From NCBI GenBank assembly GCA_963702205.1, contig OY969724.1, forward strand, positions 2,816,001 to 2,880,000: a stretch of 64,000 nt of DNA, read 5' to 3'. The notes below the pieces were generated by a model. That model did not search any database and had not been told where the DNA came from. It was given only the letters and a program-made list of their open reading frames with translations. The position numbers were made by a program, and so were the translations under genes. Origin of the DNA: an uncultured candidate division Zixibacteria bacterium. Its GTDB lineage: Bacteria > Zixibacteria > MSB-5A5 > GN15 > PGXB01. Position 1 is the stretch's first letter. Each line of letters opens with the position of its first letter. Shown one piece after another: positions 10,784 through 20,971 of the stretch.

Positions 10784-11334
10784 CATCCATCCTTTTTTTG
10801 ATATCTTTAATCGCCTGCAGTTTCGGGATCAGAATCATATTGAGCCGTCGGCCTTCCATCTTAGGATCCTGCCCCACGGTACTTATATCTTCAAGTTCTT
10901 TTATTACTCTATCTAAAATCTTGTAACCGTATTCGGTATGAGCCATCTCACGTCCGGAAAACATCACAAAGGCCTTGACCTTGCTTCCCTGCATCAGGAA
11001 CTCGCGCACGTGGCGCGTTTTGAAATTAAAATCATGGTCGTCAATTTTCGGCCGGTAGCGCATTGCTTTCATTTCAACGGTATGCTGTTTCTTTTTGGCC
11101 TGTCGGGCTTTCTTGGATTGTTCGTAACTTGTACTTCCCGAAGTCCATGACCCGGCATACCGGCGGTTTACTGTTGGGGGAAACCTCGACCAGGTCAAGA
11201 TGCACGTCGCGAGCCCTCTGGAGGGCCTCTTTGACCGGGAGAATTCCGATTTGTTCACCATCGTGTCCGATCAACCTGACCGGCGAAACTCTAATACGCT
11301 CATTTACCCGAACAGACTCTTTTCTCTGGATTAT
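10722..11334 (-). CDS. infC: Translation initiation factor IF-3 with non-AUG start (ATA 11334 or ATC 11331) and an apparent +1 frameshift at 11126/11127
   Basis: N-half ([14 protein letters not shown]...[13 protein letters not shown]) and C-half (YEQSKK...RPKIDDHDF...GREMAH) lie in different frames; removing one base gives a 203 aa IF-3. GAGGAGG RBS at 11340-11346 precedes ATA ATC. Confidence 0.92.
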
Positions 11335-11344
11335 TTTATCCTCC

Positions 11345-13282
11345 TCAAATCAATTGCGGGGTTACCGCCTTGGTTTGAATCTCCTCTTTTAATTTATCGA
11401 TCAACTCGTCAACTCTATAGGAGCCCTTGTCGCCGTAGCCGTGAATTCTTACCGACACTTCCCCGGCGTCCTTCTCCCTGGCTCCAATTATAAGCATATA
11501 CGGGATTTTCTGCAACTCCGATTCGCGAATCTTATGGCCGATTTTTTCCGACCGCGAATCCAGCTCGCATCTGATACCGGCGGCTTTCAGTTTATCGGCT
11601 ACTTCCTGACTGTATTCGTTGAAGTCATCGGTGATGGGCAATACCCTGGTTTGCACCGGGGCCAGCCAGAGCGGGAATTTCCCGGCGTAATGCTCTATCA
11701 AAACTCCGAAAAACCGTTCCACCGAACCCAGAAGCGCCCGGTGAATCATATACGGTCGCACCAATTGACCGTTTTTGTCGGCAAAGGTCAGATCGAATCT
11801 ATCCGGCAGAGAGAAATCGAACTGTATGGTCGAGCATTGCCAGCTACGCCCGAGGGCGTCTTTGATCTTGATATCAATCTTGGGCCCGTAAAAAGCACCC
11901 CCGCCTTCATCGACCGAATACTTCAGGTCGAGAATATCCATCGCCCGACGCAGGCCGTTTTCGGCCTTTACCCAGTCTTCCGGGTCACCGATGGCTTTCT
12001 CCGGCCGTGTAGAAAGAAATATATCGTATTCGGGGAACTTGAAAGCATCCAGAATATATATACAGAATTTTATCAGCCAGACCAGTTCGTCTTCCATCGA
12101 GTCCGGTGAGACAAAATGATGGGCGTCGTCCTGCGTAAAACCGCGCACCCGCATCAAGCCGTGCAGCACACCCGGCATTTCGTAACGATACACCGTCCCG
12201 AGCTCTGCCCATCGGAGCGGCAAATCGCGATAGCTCCACCGCCTTGATTTATACATATGAATGTGGAACGGGCAGTTCATCGGCTTTATCTGGTAGCGTT
12301 GGTCGTCGACCTTTATCGGCTCGTACATGTTTTCGGCGTAAAAGCCGGTATGACCCGACCGATTCCATAAATCGAGATGAGCAATATGCGGACTGAAAAC
12401 CAGGTCATAGCCGTTTTTGAGATGCTCCTCGCGCCAGAAGTTTTCTATTTCGTTGCGGATGATCGCTCCCCTGGGCAGCCACATCACCAATCCGGCGCCG
12501 ACTTCGTTGGTAATATGGAACAGCTCCAGCTGTTTGCCCAGAACGCGGTGGTCACGCTTTTTGGCCTCTTCCAGACGATACAGGTAATCATCGAGCATGC
12601 TTTTCTTCGGGTACGAGACACCGTAAATGCGCTGGAGCATAGTGCGCTTTTCATCACCACGCCAATAAGCGCCAGACGAAGAGATCAGCTTGAACGCCTT
12701 GATTATCCCCGTATTCGGTATGTGCGGACCGCGACACAGGTCTTTGAACGTCGAATGCTGGTACACGGTGACGCGGTCGTCGAGAATATCTTCTTCCAGC
12801 ATTTCGACTTTATATACGGCTTTCTCTTTTTTGTACTTATCCAGCACCTCGGTGCGCGAGAACTCGGTCCGGTGGAACTCCGCTTTTTCGTTTATGATTT
12901 CCTGCATTCTCTTTTCAATGCGTTCCAGGTCCTCGGGCGAGAACGGTTTTTCCACTTCGAAATCGTAATAGAAGCCTTCTTCTATTGCCGGACCGATAGC
13001 CAGCCTGGTTCCGGGAAACAGATCCAGCACCGCCTGGGCCATGATGTGGGCCGAGGAATGCCAAAACGTTTCTTTGCCTTCGCGATCGTCGAAAGTAAGA
13101 ATTTGCACCGGTGCATTGACGTCGATCTCGCAGTTCAAATCCCTGACTTTGCCATCCACTTTAACCGCAATGGCCTCTTTGGCGAGCCGAGGAGATATCG
13201 ATTTGGCAATATCATAGCCGGTCGTCCCTGCGGGGTACGACTTCGATGAACCGTCCGGTAATGTAATCGTTACGTTGCTCAT
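11345..13282 (-). CDS. thrS: Threonine-tRNA ligase
   Basis: TGS domain (ITLPDGS), [24 protein letters not shown] and HRALLGS motifs; start set at MSNV. Confidence 0.97.
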   Translation of the reverse strand: MSNVTITLPDGSSKSYPAGTTGYDIAKSISPRLAKEAIAVKVDGKVRDLNCEIDVNAPVQILTFDDREGKETFWHSSAHIMAQAVLDLFPGTRLAIGPAIEEGFYYDFEVEKPFSPEDLERIEKRMQEIINEKAEFHRTEFSRTEVLDKYKKEKAVYKVEMLEEDILDDRVTVYQHSTFKDLCRGPHIPNTGIIKAFKLISSSGAYWRGDEKRTMLQRIYGVSYPKKSMLDDYLYRLEEAKKRDHRVLGKQLELFHITNEVGAGLVMWLPRGAIIRNEIENFWREEHLKNGYDLVFSPHIAHLDLWNRSGHTGFYAENMYEPIKVDDQRYQIKPMNCPFHIHMYKSRRWSYRDLPLRWAELGTVYRYEMPGVLHGLMRVRGFTQDDAHHFVSPDSMEDELVWLIKFCIYILDAFKFPEYDIFLSTRPEKAIGDPEDWVKAENGLRRAMDILDLKYSVDEGGGAFYGPKIDIKIKDALGRSWQCSTIQFDFSLPDRFDLTFADKNGQLVRPYMIHRALLGSVERFFGVLIEHYAGKFPLWLAPVQTRVLPITDDFNEYSQEVADKLKAAGIRCELDSRSEKIGHKIRESELQKIPYMLIIGAREKDAGEVSVRIHGYGDKGSYRVDELIDKLKEEIQTKAVTPQLI

Positions 13283-13340
13283 ACCTAAACTATAAGCGGG
13301 CATAAATCGCCATATTATACGATTCATATCCCGCTAAAAA

Positions 13341-13417
13341 TGGTGGGCGATACTGGAATTGAACCAGTGACCTCTTGCATGTCAAGCAAGCACTCTAACC
13401 AACTGAGCTAATCGCCC
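13341..13417 (-). tRNA. tRNA-Val(GAC), CCA encoded
   Basis: Reverse complement GGGCGATTAGCTCAGTTGGTTAGAG...TT GAC AT...GGTTCAATTCCAGTATCGCCCACCA folds as a cloverleaf. Confidence 0.96.
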
Positions 13418-13462
13418 ATATTTTAAAATCAAAAAGTCACGTCTAATCTTATGTAAACGGCT

Positions 13463-13491
13463 ATCATATATATAATTATCGAATCTGTCAA
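13463..13491 (-). promoter_or_regulatory. Sigma70-type promoter for tRNA-Val/thrS
   Basis: TTGACA-17 nt-TATGAT on the minus strand, about 45 nt upstream of the tRNA. Confidence 0.75.
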
Positions 13492-13706
13492 GGAAAATAT
13501 TAGAAAGGGAGATCAGAATGTATGGCATATTCATCCGCATCGGCGGCCTTAACTTGTGATATTAAGAACCTTGACTGAAGCACTCAAGTCATTTTTGACA
13601 AGCTGATTTGTCGCACTCCCGATTGGCGTTTTAAAAATAGCGAGACCAGGGGCTTAAACCCCCTTTTGCACCCATCGTAGACCATAACAAAACCATAAAA
13701 AAGCGC

Positions 13707-13734
13707 TTGCCAGAAAATTGCTTTTGTATATAAT
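13707..13734 (+). promoter_or_regulatory. Sigma70-type promoter for the HCDH-ackA-nfnAB operon
   Basis: TTGCCA-16 nt-TATAAT. Confidence 0.6.
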
Positions 13735-13745
13735 ACGGCGTGAAT

Positions 13746-13763
13746 TTGTTACTTTTTTCACAT
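13746..13763. promoter_or_regulatory. Rex-like operator
   Basis: TTGTTAC-TTTT-TTCACAT versus Rex consensus TTGTGAA-N4-TTCACAA, just downstream of the -10 box. Confidence 0.45.
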
Positions 13764-13782
13764 ATTGGAAAGGCAGGCCGAA

Positions 13783-14679
13783 ATGGCTATAAATAAAATC
13801 CTGATCGTCGGCGCCGGTGTCATGGGCCAGGGGCTGGCTGAGACAATTGCCGGCACGGGAACCGAAGTCATTTTGCTGGATCGCACCCTCAAAAATGCCC
13901 ACAAAGGCATATTGGGTGTGGGTGAAAGAATCGATCATGAAATAAAAAAATGGGGCAAAACTCACTCCGAAAAGCGGGCCATTCTGTCCAGAATTACGCC
14001 TTCGGCCGACCTTCAGGTGGCCAAAAATGCCGATTTGATAATTGAGGCCATACCCGACATCATGAGACAGAAGCGCGAGCTGTTTCAAAAACTGGACGAC
14101 CTCTGCCCTGACGAAGTCGTCTTTATCACCAATACCGCGACCCTGTCCATCAGCGAGCTGGCCGCATCGACCGACCGTCCCGACAAACTGATCGGCATGC
14201 ACTTCCTGCACCCGGTTCCGGCCATACCGATTGTTGAAATCATCCGTGGCTTGAAAACTTCGGAAGCAACGTTTAATACCGCCAAAGAATTCGCGGAACT
14301 TCTGGGCAAGACAGCCATCAGTGTCTTTGAATATCCGGGTTACGTCACGACCCGTGTAATTGTCCCGCTACTCAATGAAGCGATGCATGTCGTCATGGAA
14401 GGTATCTGTTCCGCCCGTGACGTGGACCGGGCCATGAAACTCGGTTTCGGATTCAACGTCGGGCCGCTGGCGCTGGCCGATATGATGGGTCTTGATGTCG
14501 TCATGTCCTGGATGGAAAACCTGCTGAAAGAACTATCCGAACATAAATATAATCCCTGTCCCCTCCTGAGGAAAATGGTCCGGGCGGGGTATCTTGGAGT
14601 AAAATCGGGCGAAGGCTTTTTCAAGTACGATGAAGAAGGCAATAGTCTCGGTGAAAGTGATATCATTAAAAAAGGTTAA
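13783..14679 (+). CDS. 3-hydroxyacyl(butyryl)-CoA dehydrogenase family protein with a divergent active site
   Basis: GAGVMGQG Rossmann motif, IIEAIPD, GMHF, GPLALADMMGLD and GVKSGEGFFKY. Confidence 0.85.
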   Translation: MAINKILIVGAGVMGQGLAETIAGTGTEVILLDRTLKNAHKGILGVGERIDHEIKKWGKTHSEKRAILSRITPSADLQVAKNADLIIEAIPDIMRQKRELFQKLDDLCPDEVVFITNTATLSISELAASTDRPDKLIGMHFLHPVPAIPIVEIIRGLKTSEATFNTAKEFAELLGKTAISVFEYPGYVTTRVIVPLLNEAMHVVMEGICSARDVDRAMKLGFGFNVGPLALADMMGLDVVMSWMENLLKELSEHKYNPCPLLRKMVRAGYLGVKSGEGFFKYDEEGNSLGESDIIKKG

Positions 14680-14685
14680 ACAATA

Positions 14686-15891
14686 ATGAACATTCTGGTT
14701 TTAAATTGCGGTTCTTCGTCGGTCAAGTATCAATTTTTCGATACTGATAAAAAGGCTGCGCTGGCCATCGGTGACGTGGCCCGCATCGGGATGTCCGGCG
14801 CCGTTCTGACCCACCGACCTTTCGATCGGCCCGAAGTCAAAGTTACCGGGGAAATGCTGGATCACATCGTCGCTATCGAGCATGTAATATCCGTATTGCT
14901 GTCGGCTAATCACGGCGTCATTAAGGATAAGTCGGAAATACACGCCATCGGTCACAGAGTCGTGCACGGAGGTGAAGAGTTCACCGGCTCCATATTGATT
15001 GATACCGACGTTTTGAGACAAATCCGCAAGCTGATCGACCTGGCTCCCCTGCACAATCCGCACAACCTTCGCGGTATCGACGCCTGCCAGAAGAACCTGC
15101 CGGGTGTGCCGCAAGTAGCCGTATTCGATACTTCGTTCCACTGCGGAATGCCGCCTCAAGCCTACATCTACGGACTGCCGTACGTCATGTATAAAAAGTA
15201 TGCTATACGCCGTTACGGTTTTCACGGGACATCGCATCGTTACGTTTCCGAGCGCGCCGCGGATATGCTCGGCAAACCGATAGATCAACTGCGTATAATC
15301 ACCTGCCACCTCGGCAACGGTGCTTCAATTGCGGCGGTCGATAAAGGCCGCTCAGTGGATACGTCGATGGGCTTCACGCCGCTGGAGGGTCTTCTGATGG
15401 GAACCCGCTGCGGCGATATGGACCCGGCCGTGATATTGCACATCATGGGCCGCGAGGAACTATCGTTGCACGAGGCCAATACTCTGATGAACAAACATTC
15501 CGGCCTGGCCGGTGTCTCGGGTGTATCATCGGACATGCGCGAAATTATCGAGGCCATGAAAGACGGCCACAGTACCGCCAGGCTGGCTTTTGATATTTAC
15601 TGCTATAGATTGAAAAAATATATCGGGGCATATGCCGCCACTATGGGTGGACTGGATGCCGTAGTTTTTACCGCCGGGATCGGACAAAACTCCCCCGACG
15701 TGCGCGCTCATACCTGCGAAGGCCTTGAGTTTCTTGGAATAACCATTGACTCAGGTAAAAACGAACAGGCCGTGAACGTGGAAGCCGATATCAGCCGCGA
15801 CGATGCAACCGTGCGGACGCTCGCTATTCCGACCAATGAAGAACTGGTGATAGCTTTGGATACGCAGAATATTGTGACTAATTTGGAATAA
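14686..15891 (+). CDS. ackA: Acetate kinase
   Basis: LVLNCGSSS, GHRVVHGG, APLHNP, YGFHGTSH, HLGNGAS and PTNEE motifs. Confidence 0.97.
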   Translation: MNILVLNCGSSSVKYQFFDTDKKAALAIGDVARIGMSGAVLTHRPFDRPEVKVTGEMLDHIVAIEHVISVLLSANHGVIKDKSEIHAIGHRVVHGGEEFTGSILIDTDVLRQIRKLIDLAPLHNPHNLRGIDACQKNLPGVPQVAVFDTSFHCGMPPQAYIYGLPYVMYKKYAIRRYGFHGTSHRYVSERAADMLGKPIDQLRIITCHLGNGASIAAVDKGRSVDTSMGFTPLEGLLMGTRCGDMDPAVILHIMGREELSLHEANTLMNKHSGLAGVSGVSSDMREIIEAMKDGHSTARLAFDIYCYRLKKYIGAYAATMGGLDAVVFTAGIGQNSPDVRAHTCEGLEFLGITIDSGKNEQAVNVEADISRDDATVRTLAIPTNEELVIALDTQNIVTNLE

Positions 15892-15933
15892 TAATCTTTT
15901 TGAATACTGCCGATCAGTCGGCGAGGAGGCGAG

Positions 15934-16809
15934 TTGTTTGAAATTCTGGACAAGAAGGAGTTGTGCGAAAAGGTTCACCAGTTCCGGGTTAAGGCCCCTC
16001 ACCTGGTTTCCAAAGCCAAAGCCGGTCAGTTCGTGATCCTGAGGAAGGATGAATCGGGCGAACGTATTCCGATGTCGATTGGCGGGCTCGACCGTGAAAA
16101 CGGCATTCTCACTATCGTCATACAAGAAGTGGGAAAAACTTCGGCGGCCATGAATCGCATGAAAAAGGGTGATTTTTTCGCCGATGTCGTCGGGCCGCTG
16201 GGCGTGCCGTCACACGTCGAGAAATTCGGCCATTGCATCTGCATCGGCGGTGGTGTCGGCATTCCGCCCATCTACCCTATTGCCCAGGCTCTGAAAGAGG
16301 CTGGAAACAAGGTCACGATAATTGTCGGCGCCCGGACCAAGGGCCTGCTGATATTCGAGCAGGAGCTGACATCGGCGTCCGATGAACTTAAGATTTCCAC
16401 CGATGACGGCTCGTTCGGGACGCACGGGTTCGTTACGACTATATTGCAGCAGATGATCGACGACGGCGAGCAAATCGACATGGTTATCGCTGTCGGCCCG
16501 GTGCCGATGATGAAGGCGGTCGTAAAAACCACCCGCGAACCGAAAATCAAAACGTATGTAAGCTTGAACCCGATAATGGTTGACGGGACGGGCATGTGTG
16601 GCGCCTGCCGCGTGACGGTCGGCGGCAAAACCAAATTCGCCTGTGTCGACGGCCCCGATTTTGACGGACACGATGTCGATTTTGATGAAATGACCAAACG
16701 GTTGAAAATGTATAACCGCTATGAAAAACGTTCTTACGATAAATTCCTTGAAGATGAACACTGCCGTCTGGCCAAAGCGGCGGAAGAGTTGAAGAACCAG
16801 ACAATTTAG
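15934..16809 (+). CDS. nfnA: Electron-bifurcating transhydrogenase small subunit (NfnA/SudB-like)
   Basis: GERIP, VGPLG, SLNPIMVDGTGMCGACRV and ACVDGPDF [2Fe-2S] motifs; TTG start after GAGGAGG. Confidence 0.88.
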   Translation: MFEILDKKELCEKVHQFRVKAPHLVSKAKAGQFVILRKDESGERIPMSIGGLDRENGILTIVIQEVGKTSAAMNRMKKGDFFADVVGPLGVPSHVEKFGHCICIGGGVGIPPIYPIAQALKEAGNKVTIIVGARTKGLLIFEQELTSASDELKISTDDGSFGTHGFVTTILQQMIDDGEQIDMVIAVGPVPMMKAVVKTTREPKIKTYVSLNPIMVDGTGMCGACRVTVGGKTKFACVDGPDFDGHDVDFDEMTKRLKMYNRYEKRSYDKFLEDEHCRLAKAAEELKNQTI

Positions 16810-16818
16810 GATACTGCA

Positions 16819-18303
16819 ATGGCTGAAAACAACAAATTCGAAGAAATGACCAAAAAGGAGCGGATGCACCTTCCGCGCGTCAAAATGCCGGAGCAGGATC
16901 CCCTGGCCAGAAAAAAGAATTTTCAGGAAGTGCCCCACGGCCTGACCCCGGAAATGGCTATTGCCGAAGCCTGGCGATGTATCGAATGCAAAAAGCCGAA
17001 GTGCATCGAGGGCTGCCCGGTAGAAGTCGATATACCCGGCTTTATCCAAAAAGTCCGAGAAGGTGATTTTGTCGGCGCGGCGCGGCGCATTAAAGAAACC
17101 AACGCTCTCCCCGCGATCTGCGGAAGAGTCTGCCCGCAGGAAGAACAGTGCGAGCAGGTTTGCGTCCTCGGCGTTAAGTACAAACCGGTCGCGATCGGCT
17201 ATCTCGAACGCTTTGTCGCCGACTTTGAACGCAACAATGACAAGATTGAACTGCCGAAGCTCCCGAAATCGACCGGCAAGAAAATCGCCGTAGTCGGATC
17301 GGGTCCGGCCGGACTGACGGTGGCGGCCGACCTGGCTTTGCGGGGTCATAAAGTTGTCATTTACGAAGCCCTTCACAAACCCGGCGGAGTTTTAATCTAC
17401 GGCATTCCGGAATTTCGTCTGCCCAAATCGATTGTTGCTTCAGAAGTCGAATACCTGACAAAGCTCGGAGTCGAAGTCAATAACAGTTTTGTGGTTGGCA
17501 AGCTCGATACGGTCGATGAACTTTTCGAAGCCGGCTTCGATGCCGTCTTTATCGGCACCGGCGCGGGCCTGCCCAACTTCATGCACATCGAAGGCGAAAA
17601 CCTTAATGGTGTTTATTCTTCAAATGAATTCCTGACGCGCTCAAATCTGATGGCGGCGTACGATTTCCCGAACATGGACACGCCAATTTTCGTCGGCAAA
17701 AACGTGGCCGTCCTCGGAGGCGGTAATACGGCAATGGATTCGGTGCGGACATCGCTGCGTCTCGGCGCGGAAAACGGATATATTATTTACCGCCGGAGCC
17801 GGACCGAAATGCCGGCCCGAATCGAAGAGATTCATCATGCCGAGCAGGAAGGCGTCCAGTTCAATCTCCTGACCAACCCGATTCGCTTTATGGGCAACGA
17901 TGAAGGCTGGGTGACGCATATGGAATGCGTCCGCATGGAGCTCGGCGAGCCCGACAGCTCCGGTCGCCGTCGGCCGATACCGATCGACGGTTCCAATTTC
18001 ACGATACCGGTCGATACGGTCGTAATTGCGGTCGGCAACAGCTCCAATCCGCTCATACCGCAGACGACTCCCGGTCTGGACACCAACCGCTGGGGCAATA
18101 TTACGGTCGACGAGCGCACCATGATGACCTCGCGCGAAGGCGTTTTCGCGGGTGGCGATATTGTCACGGGCGGTGCTACTGTCATTCTCGCGGCGGGTGC
18201 GGGCAAAGTGGCCGCGCGGGCGATTCATCGGTACGTTCTGGGTATGCCGATGATAGAAGAAAAACCCGAATCCGAAGAAGCTCCGGTCCAGAAAGCCGGA
18301 TGA
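16819..18303 (+). CDS. nfnB: Electron-bifurcating transhydrogenase large subunit (NfnB/SudA, GltD-like)
   Basis: CIECKKPKCIEGCP and CGRVCPQEEQCEQVC Fe-S motifs, GSGPAG, YGIPEFRLPK, GGGNTAMD; paired with nfnA. Confidence 0.88.
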   Translation: MAENNKFEEMTKKERMHLPRVKMPEQDPLARKKNFQEVPHGLTPEMAIAEAWRCIECKKPKCIEGCPVEVDIPGFIQKVREGDFVGAARRIKETNALPAICGRVCPQEEQCEQVCVLGVKYKPVAIGYLERFVADFERNNDKIELPKLPKSTGKKIAVVGSGPAGLTVAADLALRGHKVVIYEALHKPGGVLIYGIPEFRLPKSIVASEVEYLTKLGVEVNNSFVVGKLDTVDELFEAGFDAVFIGTGAGLPNFMHIEGENLNGVYSSNEFLTRSNLMAAYDFPNMDTPIFVGKNVAVLGGGNTAMDSVRTSLRLGAENGYIIYRRSRTEMPARIEEIHHAEQEGVQFNLLTNPIRFMGNDEGWVTHMECVRMELGEPDSSGRRRPIPIDGSNFTIPVDTVVIAVGNSSNPLIPQTTPGLDTNRWGNITVDERTMMTSREGVFAGGDIVTGGATVILAAGAGKVAARAIHRYVLGMPMIEEKPESEEAPVQKAG

Positions 18304-18327
18304 TTTAGATTTTATAGATTAGTACAT

Positions 18328-18361
18328 AAAAAAACCGCCGAGCCATCGCCCGGCGGTTTTT
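18328..18361. terminator. Bidirectional rho-independent terminator
   Basis: A-run CCGCCG-loop-CGGCGG T-run between convergent genes. Confidence 0.8.
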
Positions 18362-18380
18362 ATTTATCGGTACAACCCGC

Positions 18381-19442
18381 CTATTTTATCATCGTGATAT
18401 TTTTTGATGGAATCTTTAGGTCGTAGAAATAAGTTCTGTCCGATTCATTGGCCATTGCCCGCGTTCGATATCCGATAAAGCCTTTAGACTCAGAAAAATA
18501 GAAATCGAAAAAGGTATTATCAAAGTCTGTGTTCTCGTATCCCTCAAGAGTATATGCCACCGGATTGTCGAATCTAATATGCAAAAGATGCGAATAGGTG
18601 ATCCCACCGACTTCAAGCTCATAATCGGTATTGATGGTCCTGTCATAATACAGGATATAATCAATGGATGCATTGACAAGCCGACCTTGCTCGGTGCCGG
18701 AACTGATTTCACCGGTATCGATTACAAAAAATTCCCGACCGTAAGACTTGTCCGGTTCATTCAGATATGAAAAATACAGCCCCGAATCTTTAAAAATGAA
18801 GCCAAAACCGGCCGGAGTCGTCGCTCCATTACCGATGTAGGACAAGCCGTAAACTATCCCGGAATCTGACGTGAAATACAAAGAATCGTACCTAACGGTC
18901 TCAGGAGTATATTTAATACTATCAGGGCTTTCGTCGGTTTTCACTATTTGTACAGGCGTGTATGAATATTCGGGGTATTCGTCCCAAACGCCATTTTCAT
19001 TGTAATCTGCGAAGGGCTTGCCGGGTGAATAATCATAGAAATCATACGGATCATCATCATAAATTCCGTTTCCGTTGATGTCATCAAAAGGAATGCCGGG
19101 CGCCCAAGGCTCATCGGGCCCGGTGTAGCGACCGTTATCATCGAAATCCATATTCTGGGGACAATCACACATTATAAATTCATCAATTCCAATGTCAAAG
19201 ACACCATTATCGTTTATATCATTAAATGGCTCCCCTAAACTCTGCTCCCTGTTCAAAACGGGTTCCGGCAAAATGACGCCGCCTAACCCCTGATAGCGAG
19301 CCAGAAAAATGCTTGTATCGAACCAGACATATTGATCAAAAACCAGCGTATTTTCAGAATTATCAGGTGATACTGACTCCGTCCCACAGCCGAACAGGCC
19401 AATAATCAAAATCGCACATACCAAAATTGCGAGATATTTCAT
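18381..19442 (-). CDS. Lipoprotein with Ca-binding DxNxNG-type repeats
   Basis: Lipobox LFGC; repeats EPFNDINDNGVFD, DFDDNGRY, IPFDDINGNGIYD and KPFADYNENGVWD. Confidence 0.75.
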   Translation of the reverse strand: MKYLAILVCAILIIGLFGCGTESVSPDNSENTLVFDQYVWFDTSIFLARYQGLGGVILPEPVLNREQSLGEPFNDINDNGVFDIGIDEFIMCDCPQNMDFDDNGRYTGPDEPWAPGIPFDDINGNGIYDDDPYDFYDYSPGKPFADYNENGVWDEYPEYSYTPVQIVKTDESPDSIKYTPETVRYDSLYFTSDSGIVYGLSYIGNGATTPAGFGFIFKDSGLYFSYLNEPDKSYGREFFVIDTGEISSGTEQGRLVNASIDYILYYDRTINTDYELEVGGITYSHLLHIRFDNPVAYTLEGYENTDFDNTFFDFYFSESKGFIGYRTRAMANESDRTYFYDLKIPSKNITMIK

Positions 19443-19543
19443 AAAAAGCCCTCCTTAACGGTCTTATTATAGATAAATTAATATAATATCCGACGGAGTT
19501 GAGTCAAATACATTTTAGTATGCAAAGTCTATGATAAAGAAAA

Positions 19544-19688
19544 GGCAGAACCGCTAAAGGGTTCTGCCCTACAGTAATTGTCGGATATTTGTCAGGAGCG
19601 CCCTTCACTTCGTTCAGGACCTGCGGCAGGGCTCCTGACCTACAAAAGATATCCAGGTGACCGGCAGACGCCCTCGTCTGCCGGTCAT
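19544..19688. repeat. Cluster of three REP-like palindromes
   Basis: GGCAGAACC..GGTTCTGCC-CTAC (19544-19572), GTCAGGAGC..GCTCCTGAC-CTAC (19591-19643) and TGACCGGCAGACG-CCCT-CGTCTGCCGGTCA (19658-19687). Confidence 0.8.
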
Positions 19689-19705
19689 TAGATGATGATA
19701 TCAGA

Positions 19706-20956
19706 CTATCTCATATTCTTGACAATGTGCTCGGCAAACTGCGACGTCGAAACTTTCCTGGCGCCTTTCATCTGACGATGCAGATCGTACGTTACCGTCT
19801 TCTTCAGAATCGTCTTTTCAATCGCCTTGTTAATCATCGTCGCGGCTTTATCCCAGCCCATGTACTCGAGCATCATGACCGCCGAGAGGATCAACGAGCC
19901 CGGATTGACCATGTCTTTGTCGGCGTACTTGGGAGCGGTCCCGTGCGTCGCCTCGAACAGGCCGATTTTGTCGCCGATATTGGCGCCCGGTGCCATACCC
20001 AGACCACCCACCTGCGCGGCGGAAGCGTCGGAGATATAGTCGCCGTTGAGGTTCGGCGTCGCGATGACGTCGTACTCGGCGGTACGGGTCAATATCTGCT
20101 GAAACATGGAGTCGGCAATACGGTCCTTGATGACAATCCTGCCTTTGGGCTGTTTGCCTTTGTACTTTGACCAGAGCTCGTCCTCGGTAATCGTCTTTCG
20201 GCCGAACTCTTTTCGGGCCACTTCATAACCCCAGTCACGGAAAGCGCCTTCGGTGAACTTCATGATGTTGCCTTTGTGCATGAGCGTTACCGACGGGCGT
20301 TTGCGGTCGATGGCGTACTGAATGGCCTTGCGCATCAGTTGCTTGGTCCCCTTGACCGAGACCGGCTTGATGCCGATTCCAGAGTCGAGCCGGATATTCC
20401 GTTTCATGGTTTTGTTCAGGAAGTTGATAACCTTCTTGACGTCGGACGTTCCTTTTTTCCATTCGATCCCGGCGTAAACGTCTTCGGTGTTCTCGCGGAA
20501 AATAACAACGTCCATCTTTTCCGGCTCTTTCACCGGTGACGGTACACCCTTGAAATACCGTACTGGCCGGACACAGGCATACAGGTTGAGCACCTGGCGC
20601 AACGTTACGTTGAGCGAACGAAATCCACCACCAATCGGTGTGGTTAACGGGCCTTTGAGGGCCACATAATAATAACCGATGGCGTCGAAGGTTTCTTTCG
20701 GAATCCACTCTTTGTAAATGCGCTTGGCGTTTTCCCCGGCATAGACGTCCATCCACGCGATCTTCTTCTTGCCCTTGTACGCCTTTTTCACGGCGGCGTC
20801 GACAACGATACGGGTCGCTTTCATAATATCGCGCCCGATGCCGTCGCCTTCGATTACGGGGATGATGGGGACATTGGGAACGACCATTTTGCCTTTTTTA
20901 AAGGTAATCCTCTGTCCGTTCTCAGGGATTTTAATATGCTTGTACTTAGGTGCCAC
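19706..20956 (-). CDS. icd: Isocitrate dehydrogenase (NADP, homodimeric type)
   Basis: [33 protein letters not shown] and HGTAPKYA motifs. Confidence 0.96.
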   Translation of the reverse strand: MAPKYKHIKIPENGQRITFKKGKMVVPNVPIIPVIEGDGIGRDIMKATRIVVDAAVKKAYKGKKKIAWMDVYAGENAKRIYKEWIPKETFDAIGYYYVALKGPLTTPIGGGFRSLNVTLRQVLNLYACVRPVRYFKGVPSPVKEPEKMDVVIFRENTEDVYAGIEWKKGTSDVKKVINFLNKTMKRNIRLDSGIGIKPVSVKGTKQLMRKAIQYAIDRKRPSVTLMHKGNIMKFTEGAFRDWGYEVARKEFGRKTITEDELWSKYKGKQPKGRIVIKDRIADSMFQQILTRTAEYDVIATPNLNGDYISDASAAQVGGLGMAPGANIGDKIGLFEATHGTAPKYADKDMVNPGSLILSAVMMLEYMGWDKAATMINKAIEKTILKKTVTYDLHRQMKGARKVSTSQFAEHIVKNMR

Positions 20957-20971
20957 GATAGTTCTCCCTTA

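Noticed and set aside
16819..18303. Glutamate synthase small subunit GltD
   Set aside because: No gltB is adjacent and the gene is paired with an NfnA-type subunit.
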